From Paraspadella gotoi (Eukaryota > Animalia > Chaetognatha): a DNA stretch of 64,000 nt. The translations under genes were made by a program, and so were the position numbers. Where the stretch lies: the NCBI GenBank assembly GCA_051294375.1, contig CM119268.1, forward strand, positions 9,990,370 to 10,054,369. Direction: 5' to 3'. Below the pieces are notes generated by a model, which saw only the letters and a program-made list of their open reading frames with translations, was not told the DNA's origin and searched no databases. This document shows, one piece after another, positions 58,992-64,000 of the stretch. Numbering within the stretch: position 1 is the first letter of the stretch; each line of letters opens with the position of its first letter.

Positions 58992-60288
58992 TCAAAGAAC
59001 ACGATAAACGTGGAAATCTTCTAGTTCGTCCCGCCGGAAGTCCAGGTTAAAACCAGCAACTGTAGTTTCTAATAGTCGATGCAAGCTTTCTCCGATCCTG
59101 GGAGTCACGTCCTTGACCCAGGATCTCGTCTTTGTTTCTAAACCGAGCGCCGAAAGGGAGATTTCGAGGGACGGGCAAGTGACCAAAATTGCGGATCGCT
59201 TGACAGTCGTCATTAGAAAATCCCACGACGACCCTGACAAATGTAACCCAAATTTAAATGGTTAACCACTAATTTTTGATTTTATCTGAAATGCCATTCC
59301 GTACTTCGATCTTCAACAGGCGCGAAATATTCAAAGACGTTGTGTAAAACTATGACGTCGCTATCGGAGACGATGTCCACGCAATCCTTAACGTCGGCGC
59401 AGACGATTGAAACTCGACGGGAGACGTCAGGGTGAAGAAACTCGCCGAGGACGCGCCGTTGGAGGGCGCAGAGATCGGAATTGATTTCGACGCCGACGAT
59501 GGATGAGAACGAAGACGATAGGACGGCAGCGCCAAAAAGAAAAGGACCGAAACGAGAACCAACGTCGAGAAAGCGGAGCTTGGAAGAAGGGAGAGACTGG
59601 GACTGCGTTCGATCGAAAATTAAACGTTAATGCCTCATTTAGTTCCTTAAACGTTCGCGATTCAATATTTATACCTCCAAAGTCACCGGCAGCAAACAGG
59701 TTAAGACAAACTTGACCTGCTCCACCGATGCCGAATGTGATATAAAGTCAAGGGGAACAACCTCCCTGGTGAATTTAATACATAGAGAAAGAAAATTGAA
59801 AGATTGCAAAAGATAAATTGAAAAAAAAAATGGAGCGAACCTAGATCCGCAGCTGCGACAAAAATTGCGGGAAAACTTTCCAGATTCGACGAGATCGTCG
59901 ATGGCGTCGTCGTCGTAAAGAAATGCGTCCACATGGACGGAAGTCGATGGGTCAATCTCTGGGACCAAAGACGAAAAGTATAATCCAGGGTTCAACTGGA
60001 CCTGTATTTGTATTCCTTACCAACGCAATTTGGCGCAACAACAGATTCTGATTGCAAAACGGCCTCCATTGGAACCTTGTCCCTGATGTCGTCGGCGATG
60101 GCGCGCATAATCGCTTCCCCATTTGCTATCGCTCCTGAATCGGCGTCGACGATCGGAAACTCGTCCCCTATCCAAGTTAGGAAGTCGATCCGATCTCTCT
60201 CGTCCAAATATTTTAAAAGGTTGACAAATTCACGTTTTAATTTATCAATAGGCAATGTCTCTCTTCCAATTTTTTCTTCGTTTTCCAT
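58992..60288 (-). CDS. Uncharacterised class I SAM-dependent methyltransferase-like protein
   Basis: VHVDAFLYDDD, NFCRSCGS (CxxC), FISHS, motif I LDVGSRFG, IVGVEIN, IVCADV, DVIVLHNVFEYF. Confidence 0.72.
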
Positions 60289-60403
60289 GACTTGCAGTAA
60301 CAAAAACTTTGTTTATCACATTAAAACGATGGCTAACGGAGAAAAACAAAAAAATCAACAAAAGCATTCTCAACTATGATGTCCGTCTCATTTCTATACT
60401 ATA

Positions 60404-61963
60404 TCAAGTTTTGGCCGCAAAAGAAATGGAAGGATGAGCAAAGTCGAAAAGGGTCTCGTCGAAGATATCGCCGTTCGCGTCAGGTTCCTGCAATGAGGGC
60501 GTTGATCCTTCGACAAAGGTTGGCAACGGCGGATGAGAAGTCGCAGAGACGCGCGACTCTTGATCGAAGTGCGTCGAATCGAAGATGCGCACGATCGCGT
60601 GAGGTGGACCGGGAGTGGAACCCTGCGAAAATATAATAACTCCCCCTTATTTAATATCTAACCCAATTCATAACTTTTGAACATTTTGGGTTAAACAAAT
60701 GTAAACAAAATCTTACGTGAACGTAAATAACGTTGTATTTGGTGTTAATCCTAAGTATCTTGAGATTAAAGGCGAGTCGCCACTCGTTCCCCATGTGGCC
60801 CGGTAACTTCTTTCCCCGGTGCACCCTCGCCTTACTTATTCCAAACCCAATGTTGCCAGGTTTTCGATGGAACTTGGTACAACCGTGAGTCGCCGGTCCG
60901 CCTTTAAAATTATTATCGTATGAATACTAAGGTTTTTATAAATGAAACCGGGAATAACATATAATCTGGAAACCTACCAGCAAATCCCCATCGGATCATG
61001 ACGCCCTCGAAGCCGTGACCAATGGTTCGAGCCTCGGCGATGACGTGGTCGCCGACGCGAAAGTGACGTGCTGTCAACTCTGTGCCGGGCTGAAACAAAA
61101 GATCAATAAATGTCGGCTTTAACAAGAATACCTACTTTCAATGGGATGGAACCTTGATTGCGGCGTTTGGGGTGACGAAAAACCGCGTTAGCCTTCGTTT
61201 CGGAAGGACGCCGGCCTTTTCAAAAAGGCCCGTGTATTCTTTGCTGAAACGTTGCGGATCACAGCTGAGAGCGCCGACCGTCTGAACGCCAAACTTGCCG
61301 CGTTTATCTGAGATTTATCATAACTCATCAGTTTCGAGTTTTGACAAAAGAGGATGATAAAACATTTTAAGTCCCAACAATACCTTGTAGCTTTTGCAAA
61401 GGCACCTTGGCTATCCTTTTGTACTTATGATAACTGAATTGTTGATCCCACTCCTCGGGCGATGTGTAATTGATAACGTGACAATCTAAGACTTGAAACA
61501 TAGTGCAGGAAATTCGTTGTCCGTCTTTGAGCCACTGAGGAACGACGCCGATTTTGAGCGCCAAGACGCCGCAGCGCCTTGTCCCTCGATCCTCGATCCA
61601 CGGTTGAGCCTCCCAGGGTGCATCCTTGAGCGGACTCTCGCGGACGCCCGCCCCCTGATTATATTCCTCACGAAGAAAGTCCTGTACAAAGTCTTTACTC
61701 TCTAGGGTCAAATTTTGATCGTAGCCGAAGTGCCTCGTGTGTTTGTCGACCCACCACTCCTTGGCTCTCGTGGATCTGCTTTTTCGCGGTCGACCAATCC
61801 TGGCGCTGCTGCCGCGCATCCGCCGCCATCGACGCGACTCAGCCAAGTTCAAATTGGCAAAAACGGGGATAAAAGAGTCAATAGAAGCCAAGGGCGTAGA
61901 AGGATACGCGGAGGGAAACGAGAGAAATTTTGGAGACACTGTGTTCACGATGTGGCGAAGCAT
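60404..61963 (-). CDS. MRPL3: Mitochondrial ribosomal protein L3 (uL3m)
   Basis: [77 protein letters not shown], mitochondrial-type N-terminal extension. Confidence 0.92.
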
Positions 61964-62230
61964 GCTGATAAAATAGTTGTCTAAAGGAATAATGTAAGAG
62001 AGCTAAATGGTCCTAAAAGTGAATTCGTGAAATGAGAGCATGAAATGACACAGGAACAGAATTTATGACAGGTCGATGTCAATACGACAATATTAATGAA
62101 CTCGATCTCATTCTTGGTTGAATCAAAAGTTCCTACCTTATAATAATATAACAGAAAAGTAAAAATAAGACTGCATTATCGCGATGAATATTAAAGAGAA
62201 AAGGGGCACATATTGCAGGCTCGTTTTTTA

Positions 62231-63176
62231 TCACTTTTTCCGCGCCTTGATAATCCGCAACATCCGACGATCCGGTTCTAAATCTGCTCGCGTCATTAAA
62301 GTTTGATTATTGCAAGACGGGACTGGACATCGAAACTCTCCCCTAAATCGAAAAAATATTTAAGAGGATAAAAATATTTAGGGAAAAAATCTCAACTACA
62401 TTCTCAGACGAATGCAAAAAACCTGACCTTTGAGCGAGAAGAATATCGACGCCTTGTTCGTCGTAAGTGTGATGGCAAATCTTGTTCTTTAATGGATTGG
62501 CAAATGGTTTTCTGTTGACAAAAAAGAAAAAGAAATAAAAATAGCGATAAACGTGTAACAGCCTCAACGTATACCAAAAGCCACCTCGTGATCGGGCAAT
62601 TGATGTTAGTTTCTTCCTGCGTCACCAACATGTCATCGTCGTCGTCATCATCGTCTGAATCGTTTACGTTCGCGTTTTGTCGGTTTTCCGGGGCGAGGAC
62701 TTCTTTAACCTGTTTTTGAAAACCTCGACTTCTTCTAGAGAGCGCTTGCGAAGTGATAAAAAAAATCAAAGTTTGAAATTTTAAACCTTTTCGATGAATT
62801 CCCGCCAGGCTGCCGTCTTTTTCAATTGCTTAGTCTCTGGTCCCTCTCCGCTCAGAACTTGTTGGAACTTGGGTCCAAGCAGGGCTTCCAAGTCGGTGTC
62901 CTCGTCGATCTCGTCCCGTTGCGCCAAGTCCCGCGCGGTCTCGACAACGCTCGTCAATTTCTCGCACTCGTCCTCGAATCGAACCCAATCGAGCATCTGC
63001 CGCTTGACCGCTTCGAACACTTCCTTCAGGGATTCTTCCTCCAGCATCTCTTCGGCGACGTCCTCGGCAAGTTGCGTGGTCAAGTCCCTCCCTTGCTTAG
63101 AGATGCTCAACGGGCGAGTGAGGGTACTTCTGGCTTGCATAATTGTGCTGTCTGTGAAATTTATCTGTTTTTCCAT
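62231..63176 (-). CDS. NSMCE2: E3 SUMO ligase NSE2/MMS21 (SP-RING)
   Basis: Coiled-coil N-terminus, DDDMLVTQEETNINCPIT|..PFANPLKNKICHHTYDEQG..|FRCPVPSCNN SP-RING. Confidence 0.85.
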
Positions 63177-63497
63177 GGCTCAGAAAAAAGTTACATACGA
63201 CGAGATTTAGTTCTTTGTGTGAAATGAACCTGTTGAAAAGTAACTACCGATAAAAAAGCAAATATAAACCATCATTGGTGAAGAAAGCTTAAATAATAAA
63301 AACTACGAAGACTATACCAGCATATCAAAAAGGAAAGTAATAATAAAACCGAGGAAACTTGTCTATTTTCGATAATTCATAATTAAAATTATTCATTAAA
63401 AAAAAAAAACTCGAAAATGGACGGACTTTTTCGACATTATAATAAGCGATTGAATTTTTATTCGACAAAAATAAAATTTAGGAGTTTTAAAAGGCAA

Positions 63498-64000
63498 TCA
63501 AACGGACCCGAACTCATTCATCCACTGCTCGTATTTTTCCAGGTCGTTCCGTGACACAGATTTATTGATCTTCGTCAAAGCTTCGTCAAAATCTGCGGCC
63601 GACGTTGGGAGGTCGAGTTGTTCTTTGGACAATTTACGGATATCGTCGCGACGTAAACCTTGAATTCGACGCCTCATGCTCTGTAAATAGGAGAAGGAAT
63701 TTAAACAAATATGTTGAATTTGATATATCAAAATAATTAGAACTTGAGTTCCTCTCCTTCCAATCACCTGCATTGCGGCGTCTCTGCAAACGTTGGTTAT
63801 ATCAGCTCCCGAGTACCCATCAAGTTTTTTAGCGATTTCCTCCATGTTAACATCTTCACCCAATTTAACCTTCATCAAAATTAATGAAAGTTTCTTATCA
63901 TTGAATTTTTTTTTTCCCCGTTTCATTACAAATGATAATTGTAATATTGTAATTGCTCAAGCTCGAGACTCACGTCCTTGAGATTAATCTTTAGAAGAGC
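63498..64000 (-). CDS. KATNA1: Katanin p60 AAA ATPase (KATNA1/KATNAL1), 3' exons only
   Basis: LLKINL, IAKKLDGYSGADITNVCRDAAM, MRRRIQGL, DFDEALTKINKSVS..LEKYEQWMNEFGSV; the gene continues beyond the window. Confidence 0.85.

Noticed and set aside
63308-63317. AAGACTATAC (U3 5'-end-like), and CTTTCGCCTTT near 51971 (U5 loop-like)
   Set aside because: Matches of only 10-11 nt with no continuing similarity or structure.

Overview
Compact, intron-rich animal (metazoan) genomic DNA: GC- and CpG-rich exons, AT-rich introns mostly ~45-100 nt, two assembly gaps near 15.3-16.2 kb. I reconstructed about 29 spliced protein-coding genes by hand. Gene identities come from my recall of homologous proteins, not from a database search. 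26 genes lie on the minus strand, mostly packed head-to-tail with stop-to-ATG gaps of ~80-430 bp, and many have an apparently unpaired polypyrimidine/AG acceptor just 5' of the ATG, which suggests operon-like polycistronic transcription with spliced-leader trans-splicing. Order right to left: KATNA1-like (partial), NSMCE2, MRPL3, uncharacterised methyltransferase, SDR, AP3S, MDH1, NAT8-like GNAT, ALKBH3, CYP20A1-like, STT3A, SIGMAR1-like, RPS29, CHFR, egghead, SLF1, TOMM20, GNPTG, PDHX, POLL, then RPS19, LSG1, two rhodaneses and HINT3. The last five sit inside one 7.4-kb intron of the plus-strand TRAPPC12 gene. Other nested genes are a G-protein gamma subunit in a PDHX intron and two orphan membrane-protein genes in STT3A introns, one on the same strand as its host. 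Several proteins have lost key residues: the rhodanese Cys, the CYP20 heme Cys and sigma-1 Glu172/Asp126. TA-flanked MITEs occupy large introns.
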